Assembly (NCBI RefSeq): GCF_003704095.1
Contig: NW_020844944.1
Coordinates: 124,001-188,000 of the forward strand
From: Pocillopora damicornis
Lineage: Eukaryota
Length of the DNA: 64,000 nt
Direction of reading: 5' to 3'
Under the pieces are notes generated by a model. It was not told the DNA's origin. It saw only the letters and a list, made by a program, of their open reading frames with translations, and made no database searches. Position 1 is the first letter of the stretch; every line of letters starts with the position of its first letter. Below are positions 50,901 to 63,864 of the stretch, one piece after another. The position numbers were made by a program, and so were the translations under genes.

Positions 50901-53421
50901 CTTTTTAGATTAAAGTTGGGACATATAGTTGCAGAGAAAACACTGTTTGACAATTGATGTGAATACTGAACTGACCTGTCTTGTTCTTGACATATCTGTG
51001 AAAATTGTCAAAACAAAAAATGAAAAATCCAAATTGCAGAAAAAGTGCACAACAACATAATTTCTTGCATTTTGCAATAAACATTGACACTTCACAAACA
51101 CATTTCAAGGCTTTTAAATCTCTGACACCTATGCTTTTGTTATTCACAGACCTCATAGGAACCATCATAACTGACCTCCAAAGTTATTTGCCTCTAACTT
51201 TCCCACAAGTTTTTCCAATCAAAAACAAAACTACCTCTAAAACAGTCACCATCTGTTTAACAAAACACTTCATAATTAAAGTAATTTGGGGAAAGAAACC
51301 CAGTATCAACATATACTTTTCACAAATTCTGGCTTTCCCATAATTTGTTTCAATCAAAGATGAAACTTCTTCTAAAACACTCACCATCTGTTCGAAAAAA
51401 CACTTCACGATTGGAGTAGTTGGGGGAAAGGAACCCAGTATCAACATATGCTTTGCGCAGATTCTTTCCATTATCCTCCTCCTGTTTGTATCCCTTAGAA
51501 GTCAGATGACCCAAACCACAATCACCTTTCATGTCATTACGACCAGGTATGTAAACTGTGTGTCATTTAAAAGAAAACAAGCATGCATCAAATTTATCAT
51601 TCCTTCAAGGACTTCTTTATCTTTTTGTTATTCACAGAAAAAACTCTCAGACTGGTGTATATCATAAACTTCTGTTTACAATGAAATCATTAGACTGCTC
51701 AAGTGTCAAGATTTTTCCATATTTGAACAATGAAAATCAAGGCATGTCTTACAATTATCCAAATGCATTGATGATCCCTTTTTAAAATGGATATTCCAAA
51801 AAAATTAAATATGTGAAAAGTTGTTGAGCCCATTTTTAGATGGCTGGAAATTAATAGACAATGAAAATTAAAAATGAATTTTAATTCACAAATGTACTGA
51901 TATTGTACTAATGTTGATAACATTAAAAAAATTTGGATTTGACATATGAACAAAATACAATATGCAATAACTAAAATATCTACCATCTCTGTAGATCCTG
52001 TCCACTGTTATATCATGGATGTCATGTTTGATGACAGGCAGAGAAGCAGACGTCAATAGGCAGTCCCACACAGCCGTGTCATTAGCCCAACAGGGAGCAG
52101 CTTCTGCTCTTGTTCTGTCACCGTGTCTGTTGTCAACAATGACAAAAAAGAGGAAATCAATTTGGATTGTAACAGCCTTCCTGAAATCAGTTAACTTGGG
52201 GAAGACTTGGAGAAGATGGAAGACGAGTTTAGGGGGAAGGGGAGGGAGGGGGTATCATGAATTTTAAGGGGTGTCAATGATAATTCCATAGTGACAAAAA
52301 TCAATCCCCCACCCACCCCCCCCAAAAGAAAAAGCTAGACATGATATCAATTAACACTTCATTTATAATACCTTATAGTTTTTTAATAATGATAAAAAAA
52401 AATTATATTTCACTAAAGCACGTAGAGTTTTAGATCTTAACAATTCGCAAAAAATACCCAAAACATGAAAATCAACTCTGAAAAATTCCTTAAATAAACT
52501 ACCCCAGCCCTTGAAAAAAAATCCATCTAACATTAATTTAACTGGCAGTAGTGCCATGAAGTGCTTTCCAGGACCTTGTATGCCAGCCACTGCCATGAAA
52601 AATGGGTGACTTTGTATACTGGTCCAGACAGAGGTGCCTGTTCATTGAAGTTTTTTGCAAACACAAACTGTCCAATATGATTTGCAACACAAATTGAACT
52701 TAGGTACTGAAATTAGGGCGAATTAATTACAGAATCAAACCCAAAAGTATGGAAAGGTAATTTGGAGAAATTCTAGTGTGATTTAGACGTTACGTTTTGA
52801 ATTTAAGTTTTGTCGAACTTAATACTTTAGCCAACGACAATTTTGTCACCGCCACTGTTTGCAAGTCTCGTGACCGGGAACATGAATCCACTTGCAAAAC
52901 TTATTTCTAGATCGAGAGGTAATTGTTCTCAAAATGAAATGGGAGAGAGAGGGAGAAAAAAACTCATCAAACAATCGATAAATCAACCTTACACCTTAAA
53001 AGAAAGTTCAAGCCTATTGGAGTCTTAAAGTACAAACTAACCGTAAACTGATTGGAAAGGAAATAATTCGTGTTAAGGAATGTCTGCTTTTCCCTACAAC
53101 ATTCGGAGAAACAAACCACGCAATTTTAAAAATTCCACATCCAAATTTCAGGAAAATGAGGACCCGTGGAAATAGCTGGATGTAAATCTTGTAAAAGATT
53201 CGAAAGATTGGGGAAAAGAAAAAATTGTTTTGAACAAATGCGTGTATTAAAACTCACCTGATTATCACATGTACTTGTTTGAGGGTATATTCTTTTCCAT
53301 TGTCTCCCCTTTGCAATGGGGTGTATTTATAAGAATCACTTCCACAATATGGTAGAGTTGCCCAAGTTAGAGCACTATGGCTGAAGAAACAGAAAAGTAT
53401 CAAGAAATTTCTCGCAGCCAT
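47930..53421 (-). CDS. Secreted/lysosomal histidine acid phosphatase (histidine phosphatase branch 2), 3'-incomplete; exons 53421-53258, 52126-51984, 51555-51385, 50995-50976, 50170-50052, 49219-49089, 48568-48366, 47999-47930
   Basis: Eight GT-AG exons splice in one frame (1021 nt): signal peptide MAARNFLILFCFFSHSALTWA, LKQVHVIIR|HGDRT (RHGxR nucleophile motif), GHLTSKGYKQ...GKNLRKAY, RTD|DMSRTRQ|SAQALA, PN|LCPKL, FYLYSGHDST (HD motif). Confidence 0.92.
48155..48270. repeat. ~21-bp imperfect tandem repeats, probably subterminal repeats of a DNA-transposon remnant, in a phosphatase intron
   Basis: gagcgaaacgacttccc / gagcgaaactgacttccc / gagcgcaacgaataccc / gggcgaaatgaattccc / gggcgaaaccactcc. 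Confidence 0.7.
49645..49997. mobile_element. Two adjacent TTAA/CCCT MITE copies in a phosphatase intron
   Basis: First ends gttagggtgtaaagggttaa (~49824); second runs taactccctgaagtgattaacat...gggaattaaagggataaa. Confidence 0.7.
50199..50410. mobile_element. ~200-bp TTAA/CCCT MITE family copy
   Basis: ttaatcctttgaccccc...gactagcatcaaatttctcc...ttctccttgtcagcacctt...agaacagtatggaga. Confidence 0.7.
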
Positions 53422-54434
53422 GTTCTTTTTCACGCCCGCCTGCTTGCGTGNNNNNNNNNNNNNNNNNNNNNNNNNNNNNNNNNNNNNNNNNNNNNNNNNN
53501 NNNNNNNNNNNNNNNNNNNNNNNNNNNNNNNNNNNNNNNNNNNNNNNNNNGATTCAACACCCAGCCCCAATGGCTTGTACTATTTTGTGAAATGCAACAA
53601 CATGAAACAAAACTGAACCAGGAGAGATGCAACAAAACTAAAGGAATAACTCAGATATATTTTGTATTAACTAATTTAAAAGGTAAAGATAACTTTCCCA
53701 AGGATTTTGCAGTATTCATTTTGCATTAGTAATTTAAGAAGATTGAGTAACTATTTTGCAAAATCAACTAATTGTCCATTTTGCAAAATAGTATCTCTCC
53801 TAAAATTACTATTTTGCAAAATATGTTTTAATAGAGTTTAAGAAATAAGAGGGGGCCATAATCTTTGGTGATATACTAATTTGTAACGTTTAAATGTATT
53901 CTTGTGACATGAAAGAGGTCACAATTTGTCACTGCAGGGTGAATATAGTTGATTTCACATTTAACAGTAACTCTTCTGAAATTACAACTTTGAAAATATA
54001 TCTGTATAATATCCTTTGAGGTTTGTTCTATTGATCTCACCTGGTTTTGTTTTGTTGTGTTGCACCAAATAGAATAAGCCAGCCCTGACAACTCAAACTA
54101 TTTTTCAGTTCCCTTGGGAGTCCAAGTTAGCAGAGTTCTAACTGTACATCCATTCTACATTCAACAAAAGTAAATAAAAAATAAATAAATAATCTGGAAA
54201 TACAATCCTTTGGGCCACTATAGAACAAGTCAATGCAACAAAATCATGTGAGTACTGCTTTAAAAGATAAGGTAGAAATATGATTCATCATTCTGCTATT
54301 TGTAACACTGTACATGTGATGATATTCTCAAATCCAAATCCAAAACACCCTATTAAATTATTACAATCTGCATTGCTTGCTGTGTCCAAATAAATTCTGT
54401 AGTAGGTATGAAGTTAATCGCCTCCAATCCTACT

Positions 54435-54840
54435 GCCATGTTACACAAGAATTTAATTATCATAGTACAAAATATCCCTCCATAAATAATTTCTCAAACT
54501 TGTCTGGCGCAGACAAACATGAGCACTTCACTTATAAATCTAAATGAAGTACCTATTAACAGGGGAATGTTCACATTATTTGTCTTCACAGAAGTGTTGA
54601 AATCCAGTTTCAACATGATACAAAATTACAATATCTTTGACTTCAAAGCAGGCATATTACACAAGAATTTAATTAACATAATACAAAATATCCCTCCAAA
54701 TACGATTTCTCTATCTTGTCTGGCTCACTACTAACACGTACACTTTAATTATAAATCTAGATGAAGTACCTATTAACAGGAGAATATTCATATTATAGCA
54801 AAACTAATACAAAACTGCAGTATGTATGCCTTCAAAGCAG
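54435..54840. repeat. Imperfect ~217-bp tandem duplication just downstream of the Ig-like gene stop codon
   Basis: gaagtacctattaacagg at 54546 and 54763; ttacacaagaatttaatta at 54441 and 54657. Confidence 0.8.
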
Positions 54841-54864
54841 ACAAAAATGAGAGAAAGGGAGGGG

Positions 54865-57765
54865 TTAAAAAATAAACCAAACCATCAAGATGGGCGCTAT
54901 GATTGCAGCAGAAACAGCCCCTGTGATGACCACATCATTTGTGCCACCTGTAATTACAAAAGAAGAAAAAGAAAAAGTAAAGAATGAGGAGCACAATTAA
55001 TGATTTAGAAAAAGTAATAATCAATATTTTGTAAATAATTGTGTTCAACTTGGTTAATTCTTTTTTTAGGATATATTTAGAGAGATTCACATTAAAGAAA
55101 TGCATTGCAGATGAACTTCCAGCTAACTTAATGAGCATTACGTACTTCATGGATGCATTAATTAACAGACTGACTGAGTGACTGACAAATTGATAGGTAT
55201 ATTTTCCAAGTTAAAAGCATTATTCGTAAGAATTTTAAATATCTTTTGAAAACAAGAACCCAAAATTTGACATGTTCCATGTCTATTTGAAAAAAAATCT
55301 ACTAACAGTACCTGAGTGTATGTTTATTTATGATAGTGTAGCTGCCTCATGTTTTATAGTAGCTTAGTAGTAAACTAAGTGAAACTAAATGTGTTAACCC
55401 TTTAACTCCCAAGATCTGATTGTTAATTCTCCCCTCTGGCTGCTAAACATTTCCTTGTAACTTATAGTTATGAGAATTTGATGTTAGATCAAGACAACCC
55501 GTACCTGATAAGTTTGAGAATTCTCATGATCTCTTTGCTGGAGAATGTAGGGATATTATAGGGAGAAATTATATGTTAATCACTCCTGGGAGTTAAAGGG
55601 TTAATTGATTTGCATATGGACTGAAAGAATCTTAGCTTCACACTCCATCTTTTTGTTAACTATTAGGTACCTAAATTAAATCCTTAATTTTTCATCCCAG
55701 CTGCATGAATGATGCCTAATTTACATTAGAATGCATATTGTTTGTAACTGTTATAGCCTATGTTACCTTTGGTTTACCTAAAATAATGAAAATGGGAAGT
55801 TTGTGGCATGTAAAAAGTAAATAAAGTAAAAAAAGAAAGAAACAGTCACACAAGCTGTATGAGATTCTAACTGCAGTGAAACCTGCCATCAGTCAAGGCA
55901 CTGAGTGGGATGAATTCATAGTTATATTATGATTATGTGAATTTTGTTGTCATTTTACATTTAGAACAAATCAAAGCCAGAAAAACTGTATCATAAACAG
56001 TGTGCTAATTTGTCTCACAAGAAAAGGTTTTTCAGCTAAGACACTTAGTGAATTATTATTCTGCACAAGCATTTCCTCATCACATACACCTTTTTACCTG
56101 AAGAAATCCATTCTGTGGGGCCTGAGTCTGTCTCAAATGTTGTCACCTTTGTTGGCTCTGGGTTATCTGCAATGATGGAGAAGCAAGTTTGTGTCATCAC
56201 TTTTTGCACATGAAGTTACAATGTAGCTGTTCACCTTTTCAGTTAAAACAGATACAAAAAGTCAAGTTGGAAGTCAATACATCTTCATTCTACCTTATAA
56301 ATGTGTCTTAGTTACCCAAGGTAATGGAAGGTATTTTTTACAACATAAATGCCTCATCCTATGATCTAATTTTTTCTCATTGCCATATATCACTCAATAT
56401 AACTCAGGCCACTGTCAGGGCCACAGTCACTCAGCTTGCACAAACCTTAAAGACAATTTTGAAGTATTCAATATATAGCTTCATGCAGACAAGGATGCTC
56501 TCTAAATATATACCTTTAAGGCTGACTGAGATAGAAGCACATTCTAAGGAATTTTAATAATTTAAAACAATGAGGGAGGCAACCAGGATATTCTCTCCTC
56601 TAGCCGCTACACATTTCCTTGTAAATTGGTTATGAGAATTTGGTGTTTGATCAAGGTAATATCTTGTACCTGATAAGTTCAAGTATTCTCACAACCAATT
56701 TTCTAGATAATTCATGCATGTTATGGGGAAAGGTTACATGTTAATCACTTCTGGGAGTTAAAAGGTTAAATTCACCTTTAGTGTTGAGCATGAAACTCTT
56801 CAAAGGTTGGTGTGTGGTACAGTTATGGTTAGGTCCTAAGCAGTATGGATATAACCTGTAAAAGCCCTCCATGGACTTGGTAATCTCTTTTAAAGTTATA
56901 TTTAGCATTTTGTCTCCTGCATGTCTGAGACAGTAGTTTTCCTTGCACCGAGGCACCTTATAATAACAGTTACCACAACCATCTTCTCCTTCTGGGAGCT
57001 TGATCAAACGCTTGAGAGGAAAGCCTTTACCAAGGTATAGGAAATTGGCTTTTTGATTGTCAACTGTTATATTGACCATCATAGTCAGAGTTCCACCTAT
57101 AGGAACTGTTGAAAAAACAATTTGAGCAGATAAGATGTCATTTTTGTCATACAGCTATAAACTTCTCAAGTCCCTAGGCAACTAAAAACTTTGAAGCACT
57201 TATTGTTATTTTAACCTCAGTACATACCCAAACATAACAAAGAAGCCACCTTAAAGTTGTTAGAAAATGAGTTACTAACTTACTATTAGCTGTAGGCTGA
57301 GGACAGGTTTAGGGAATTTAGGCTTTTGACACTTTCAGTAATCACCATGAGTTTATATTAATTCTAAATCAAAAGTGATCTTCTCTATTGGCCTTGTTTT
57401 GGCTGATAGTGTCCCTGTGAATGCATTGAAGGACTGATGGTTAACCCTTTAACTCCCACGATATCTTTAGTAATTCTCCTTACTGTCTGCCATACAGTTC
57501 TTGTGATGTTAGTTTTGAGAATTTGGTATTGGAACAACTAATAATCCTCTTACCAATATTTCTCATAGTTCTCATCACTTGTCTGCTTGATATTGTATTG
57601 ATATCATTAGGAGAAATTCTGTCTTGGTCACTTATGGCAGTTAAATAGTTAAGAGCCAAAAGCATGCAAATCAGTTAATAGATAAACAATATACAGAAAT
57701 ATATTTTCACTTACCACTACAATTTTCAACACTCAGGTTGACAGCCTGTACACATGTTGGTGCAG
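54865..57765 (-). CDS. Orphan cell-surface protein: one divergent Ig-like (V-set-like) domain, S/T/P stalk, hydrophobic C-terminus (GPI-signal-like); exons 57765-57715, 57105-56776, 56166-56098, 54947-54865; start exon unresolved
   Basis: Four exons with strong AG/GT sites join in phase 1 with no stops. VPIGGTLTMMVNI (A'/B strand-like) and LNITLKEITKSMEGFYRL (E-F strand L.I..V...D.G.Y pattern); several N-x-S/T sites; ends VVITGAVSAAIIAPILMVWFIF*. Confidence 0.7.
55398..55600. mobile_element. Best-preserved copy of the non-autonomous piggyBac-type MITE (203 bp)
   Basis: TTAA at 55394-55397 and 55601-55604; perfect 14-bp TIR CCCTTTAACTCCCA / TGGGAGTTAAAGGG. Confidence 0.85.
56590..56769. mobile_element. 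TTAA/CCCT MITE copy abutting the splice donor of the Ig-like exon
   Basis: Colinear with 55398-55600; ends ctgggagttaaaaggttaa, a few nt from the GT at 56775-56774. Confidence 0.75.
57441..57652. mobile_element. ~200-bp TTAA/CCCT MITE family copy
   Basis: ttaaccctttaactcccacgat...ggagaaattctgtcttggtcacttatggcagttaaatagttaa. Confidence 0.8.
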
Positions 57766-58719
57766 CTGTTAAATAAATGAAATATTGTGATTCCTAAGTC
57801 ACTTACAGTAAAAAGTATATGCACTTTTTTAATAAGTCGTAAAATCTAACCCTTTGGAGAGTTGTCATGATGTAAGCTACTGTAAAAGATCCTGTTGTTC
57901 CGCTTTTGAATTTCTAGTCATAAACCACAGGGTTGTGGTAATGAAAAAGATTGTACACTGCCTATCAAAGTGTCATCCGCTCTGTGAAAGGATGGCACTC
58001 CGATGGGATGCAGGTGTTTAATGCTGCAAACACAGGCGACGCGTTTCACTGCATATGCCCAATTGTGACTCTGAAAGTTATTTTAAGAATCCTGCAATCA
58101 CATGACAGTAAATGCCAGCACGTGCCTTTTCTCCAGACGTGAGCTTTGCATATTGATAACCACGAGGTTCTCGTGGCTCACGCGAATTCAATTTTCTACC
58201 AGCATATTCAGACCAAAATTATTGCTTTTTTTGTCTAAAGTGAACAAAAACATATGCTTCAACGGAAAAATGCCAACAGACTTTGTAAAGTGATAAAAAG
58301 ATCACAATCTATATCGACATCTTTGAATATGAATATTACGAGAGGTCGCATTCCCGCCGCGCTGTAATGTAATATTTTACATCCCTGACGCGAAAATGAA
58401 ACTGACACTTTTTGAGCCGAACTAAAACTAAAATATGTTGTTGTTACACCTACCTCTGTCAATAAATATTATGAAAAATAAGATAAGCAGACAAGACGTA
58501 ATCTTCAGGCTAAATTGCATGATGAGTATATGTCGGGCGAGTCGAAGCATGTCCCTAGATGTCACGTTACCGTTGTGTTACTCGCGATATGACTACGTCC
58601 ATATTCTGAAGTTCCCGGATAAACTCGTGCTCGGTTCTGTTCTAGGGGTAGTCTCTCATATACCGGGTTCTGAAATAACTAATAATTAACAGATAGGTGT
58701 AGCAGGAGGGTAAAGTGAG

Positions 58720-58935
58720 TGGGTACAGAGGATCAGTGAACAGTGGGCACAGAGGACCAGAGGAACAGAGGGCATAGAGAATTAGTAGTACAGTGGAAAA
58801 GTAGGAACAGAGGATCATTAAACAGTGAGCATTAAGACCAGAGGAACAGTGGGCACTGCAGACCAGTGGCACAATGGGTGCAGAGGACAAGTGGAACAAT
58901 GGGCACAGAGGACCAGAGGAACAATGGACACAGAG
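58720..58935. repeat. Purine-rich minisatellite (~25-bp unit) running into an assembly gap
   Basis: Repeats of agaggacc-agaggaacagtgggcac. Confidence 0.85.
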
Positions 58936-61900
58936 NNNNNNNNNNNNNNNNNNNNNNNNNNNNNNNNNNNNNNNNNNNNNNNNNNNNNNNNNNNNNNNNN
59001 NNNNNNNNNNNNNNNNNNNNNNNNNNNNNNNNNNNACAGAAAATTATTTTGACTCGATTAAAACAAGATGAAGCCGTAAAATGGCTGATTCATGGCCAAA
59101 TTTCTTTTGATTTTCTTACTTTCGATTTTCTTAATCACAGCACGTACCTCGCAAGTGCCTCCCTCCATTATGTTAGTTATGTACCTACCGTCAAGTGTAT
59201 AAAGCACAACACTCAGCTGAACGATACGCGGATGAACGTTCCCTGGCATCTTATTTTATTCAATTTCCTTCAAAAATTTAACCACTAATCAAAACCAAGA
59301 TGGTCATTTTCATCGGGCTGCGATGGTGTTGAAAATTAGAAAATCCATTTATAAAAAAAAAAGGCTAACTAGAGTCCAATCTCCATAGCAAATATGTATT
59401 AAACTTGTTAAATGAACCCCAACATTTGACAAAAAAAAAAAAAAAACTTCGTAAATTCCAATTAAAGGGGTAACAAATTTGCGCGAACGAAAGCTTCAAA
59501 CAAAAACTATCAACTCTGTAAAACAGACAACAAAAGTACGCGAAAAATGTCCACGTTAGTTTTCAATGTTAAGGTTAGAGTTTTTTGACGTGTTGGCTAA
59601 TTTTTTAAATCACGTTCGGCGCGCGGACATATACAAATAATACAAAGGAGGGAGAGGAAGAGAAAAACTTTAATTTTCAAATTTAAAACCATACAGATTT
59701 TCTTCAAATAGTCTAACGAGCAAACACGAACGCCGCGCGAGAGTCACACGAGCGGCAAGGAAGCAAAAAAGGATAATATATCATTTTTCTCTCTCGCGCT
59801 TCTCGTTCGCTGACGATCACTTGGGAAACCCAAAACACGAACATCTAATTTTTTTAACCGGGAAATGTGACAGGAGAAACGTTTTCTTTTTTCTTTCTTT
59901 TCAGTGTTCAGGAATGGAGTGTAAACTACATTATATCCATATAATGAGTGAATTAACGTACAGGCCAAAAGTCGTTTTATGACATGCCAGCCTTTCCATG
60001 TTTTACTCTCACTGTATATGTGACACTTGTCTCAAACATCCAAAATTTTGATCAGAAAAAAAGAGTATACCATAGTATGCGTGAGAATTCGCGCATGAAT
60101 GGTAAACGCATTGAGAAGTTTCGTGACGCGCGTAGTGTGCGCGAAAATTCTCGCGCCCTTCTCCCCATTCCTTTCGCAATTTAAAGACGATGGCACATTT
60201 TACTTGTCATTATGCAGGATAAAGCACACTGAGATGAAACACTTGTTCAAAAACCGAACTTTTTATGCAGCAAATTGCTTAGGCTCTGATGGACTTGAGC
60301 TGCATTTTGAATAACGGACATATGTGGTACCTCTGAAGTGCATTACGGAGGGATGGTTACCTGAGCATAAAGTTATTAGCATACTGAGGTGCTTAGGTCA
60401 TTTTTTCGGTTGGGGGAAGGTATAAGAGTCTGTCACACCGCTTTCCGATTGAAATTCAAAAACCAAAACCAGATAAATCGTAAAGGCCAATCATAGCGAG
60501 GAAAGATCTCACTAGGATCCAATAAGAAGCCACAAAGGACGCGTGTGACCAAGACGCGATTAAAGATTAGTTTTGCACACGATATTGTAGGTGAGGAGAT
60601 AAGAGGCGTCGGCTTTGTAGACCGATCGACGAAAATAAGAAAAACCGATACTTGAAAGCGATTTTGTCTGTAGTCTGTAGTATTTCCTTTACTTTGACTT
60701 GCCGCTGCGATCACTCCGATTTTGGCTCTACGACCCTCCTTCGAAAAGCGCTCTGACCCATCATGCTGGTTACCAGAGGTTACAGGCTACAGTTTTCAAT
60801 TGTGTCTCTTATGTGACATCTTTTTTAAACGTTCCACAGTATTTGGGTTACCAACTCGAACCTTTTATTAAGAGACAAATCACAGTCATGGAAGATTCTT
60901 TGCTTTGCACAAAGTTCGTTGAGGAAAACTATTAAAGTCAAGAGCAGTCCTGTAAAAGAGAAAATTTGACGATCAAAAAATTTTTTGCCTTTGTCATTGT
61001 CTTGTAAATTAAATGTTAATGAATTTTGGTCACTCAAAAGGACATCAGAACAGTTGGCTGGGAAAAGAGCCTTTGTCTCTCAAACGACACTCGTGTAGAA
61101 TGTTCAGCTAACTTTTTAGCGATCTCTGTAACTCAGGATGAATTAAGTTTATCGTACCTCAACACGCAAAAAAAATATTATCTGCGGAACAACTTGCTCA
61201 CACCGTCAAATCCTTTGACCTCCTGCCTTCAGTTATTTTCAGAAGCTGTGAGAAAATCCCTCACTGGGATGTTTCCCTCAAAGCGGAACAGTGCAACTAT
61301 CTGAGTGATGTGGAGTTCGAGCTCTCTATGCATAACATTGCACTTAATGACCAAATTAGGCCCTCTTTTCAAACTTTGCACATAACAGGCGATGATTCAG
61401 TTAAGGGGACGCTCTTGTAAAATACCAAACAATTGCATATTGATTAAATGAAAGTAGGCGGTTTTCTTATCTACGAGTTCCTTTTAAAAGGGCGCAGAAG
61501 TCATCGAAACACGATGGATGCATAAAAGCTTTTTTACAGCGAACGTTGGGTAAATTTATCCATTACGATTTCTTACAAAAAGCAGCCGTAACATTTGGAA
61601 AGTCAAAACTCGGTGTGGAAATTGGAATTACGTCAAAGAGTTAACCGAAATAACAGAATAAAACACACTACAGAAGTAGCCGACCTACTTTTACAAATAA
61701 AAAAACAGATATCTCTCCTGCCAATACAGTAGTTGATATTCATGCAGTCACTCAAGCCGATCTGTCATGTCGGAAATTGTTTCATTCTAGATAACCTACT
61801 TTGGATCGTGGAGATAAGCCCGTAATGTTATCCTTTCGTTTAAGGACTCCTGGATTAGAAAACTTATCGTGTTGTTGCATGCGGCGTGGTGCTCGTGGAC

Positions 61901-63478
61901 TGGGAAAATTTTCCGAGACAAATATGTAGGTGTGTCTGGAGTGTATAGGGATAAACTTTGGCAAAAAATTCAAGGGAGAATTGTCAGTGTACGGTTTTTT
62001 TTCCATCCACTTCTAAGTGGTAGGAAAACAGATTCTTAGCCGGAGGATATTGAAATGGAATGTGCTAGAAACCACGATGGAATATGAACAACACAGAGTG
62101 ATTGGCAAACGAATATATATTACATGGTCGCATTCCCTGGATATCTAGATCACTATCGGCTTTGAGTTCATCGAGGGCAAGTCAGTTTTAGAGATAAAAC
62201 ATTGAAATCTTAAATATTCGTCATATGTTTACAATAAGGATAAAGAAAATGTGTTTCGCTAGTAAAAGACAGCTGTGATATTGACCCAAACAAAGCTAAA
62301 CTCATGTTGTTTCGCCAGAGACTTCATACATTTCTTAAAATAGGAGGCAGTTACTGTGAAGAGCTGTATGTTCACTGGCGTAAATAGCGACCGACAAGTC
62401 ACAAAAAGTAATTGGAGATAAAATAAACAAATATGTTTCAATTTATTACCTGTTAGCAACACCGATTGAAATGTTCTTTCTGGCAGATTGAACTGAATAT
62501 TTTGACTTGACCGTGTCCTAATAGTGGTTAAAACTTATACCCACCGAGTTTTTCGCAAACACGTTGGGAAACGCCCCAACATAATCCACTGGTGGATATA
62601 AATGTACGTGTATCGTCAGTTTGAAATTTAGTCCGAAGAAAAGACAAGATATACAGAAACTAATGACTTGTCTTATAAACTTCTTTATTTGTGGAATAAA
62701 CATGTATGTTATAAATAACATGGAAATTGCGGTTTAACCGAGATCACGCAAATCCAATGACTTTTGAGAAGCTTTTCCCGCGCGCAAAGCTGCGGTAAAC
62801 GCATAAATGTTTTTGGTATTGAATCTAACTACAGAATACTTTTGAAATATGTACAATTGGAACATAAGCACAGATTTACCAAGCTTTTAAGGCCACTTGA
62901 GGAAAAGCACCTATGACAGATTACATTTGTTGTTGTTCCATTGCCTCCACTAGCCCGGTGATACGGACATTTATTGAACGATATAATTAGTTATCATTAG
63001 GGCATATTATCCGGGAAGTTCATACGGAGTAAAAGCTGTTTGTAGAGACTATCGCATCAGCGAAACCAGTGTTAATCTGTTCACCTTAAAAAGCCGTTAA
63101 TAACTCCAAAGACTTTGACATTTCTTGAAAACATTAGAGGCCTATACGGTCATTACGAAAGTTGTTACAGATGTTCCGGAGCGTGAGTCATCTAATCGGC
63201 CTATATAGCTTCTAATAGTTGATTTCGTGTCCTATAAACTCTTCTATTTAACACTAACAAAATATTTACAAGAGAGAGAGGAAGTAGTGTACTTCAATTC
63301 GCCATGAAGCAATATGCTCACAAAATTTGGAGTTTCGCAGCCAGTGGTCAGTATTCCGAATGGATGGAAAAGACATTAGCGCGGCGGTACCAACCTCTTT
63401 GGTATTAAATTAATTTTCCTTCGAGCCTTCAGCGCGTTTCTGCTTATCTTGTAAAGTGCTCTAAAGAACAAATTGATT

Positions 63479-63864
63479 CTAATTATGCTTTCTAGAGGTA
63501 TTATCGTAATCGCTGTGGAATAGCGTGTCCGTTTCGGGTCCAAAATGCCGTGTCGTTAGTTGCCATTTTCGCACATGATGTTCCCCTTTGCGCTTTTTGC
63601 TTTTCCCAAGCTTTTCGAGTTCTTCGTCTCTCTTGAATTTTATCCTTCGATTCTGGAACCAAACCTTGACCTGCGCTTCGGATAGGTCCAATTCTTTGGC
63701 GATTCTCTGTCGTTCTTCTCCAACGATGTAGTGATTACCTACGAAGCGTTTCTCTAATCGCTTGAGTTGCTCTGCCGAGAAGGTTGTTCGTGCCCGTTTC
63801 TTCTTTGGGGGATACATGCCTGATTCATCCATGTCACCATATTCAGGATAAGGGTAAAAGTCTC
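63479..63864 (-). CDS. Emx: Last coding exon of a second, divergent Emx-family homeobox gene (upstream exon outside the window)
   Basis: Acceptor (t)n-cgacAG at 63866-63865, phase 1. Homeodomain [58 protein letters not shown] has the Emx NHY.VG signature and is followed by [16 protein letters not shown], matching the vertebrate Emx tail KKKG(S/T)HHINRWRIAT. Confidence 0.85.

Noticed and set aside
57800-59170. Candidate start exons for the Ig-like gene (MEGGTCE|GTACGT near 59150; MTTLQR... near 57870)
   Set aside because: They give either an implausibly short (~40-nt) intron or a frame ending in a stop; the 5' end is left unresolved.
63479-63832. Assignment of the second homeobox to Not or Vax
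   Set aside because: NHYIVG in the helix 1-2 loop and the HH..W tail favour Emx; a phylogeny is still needed.
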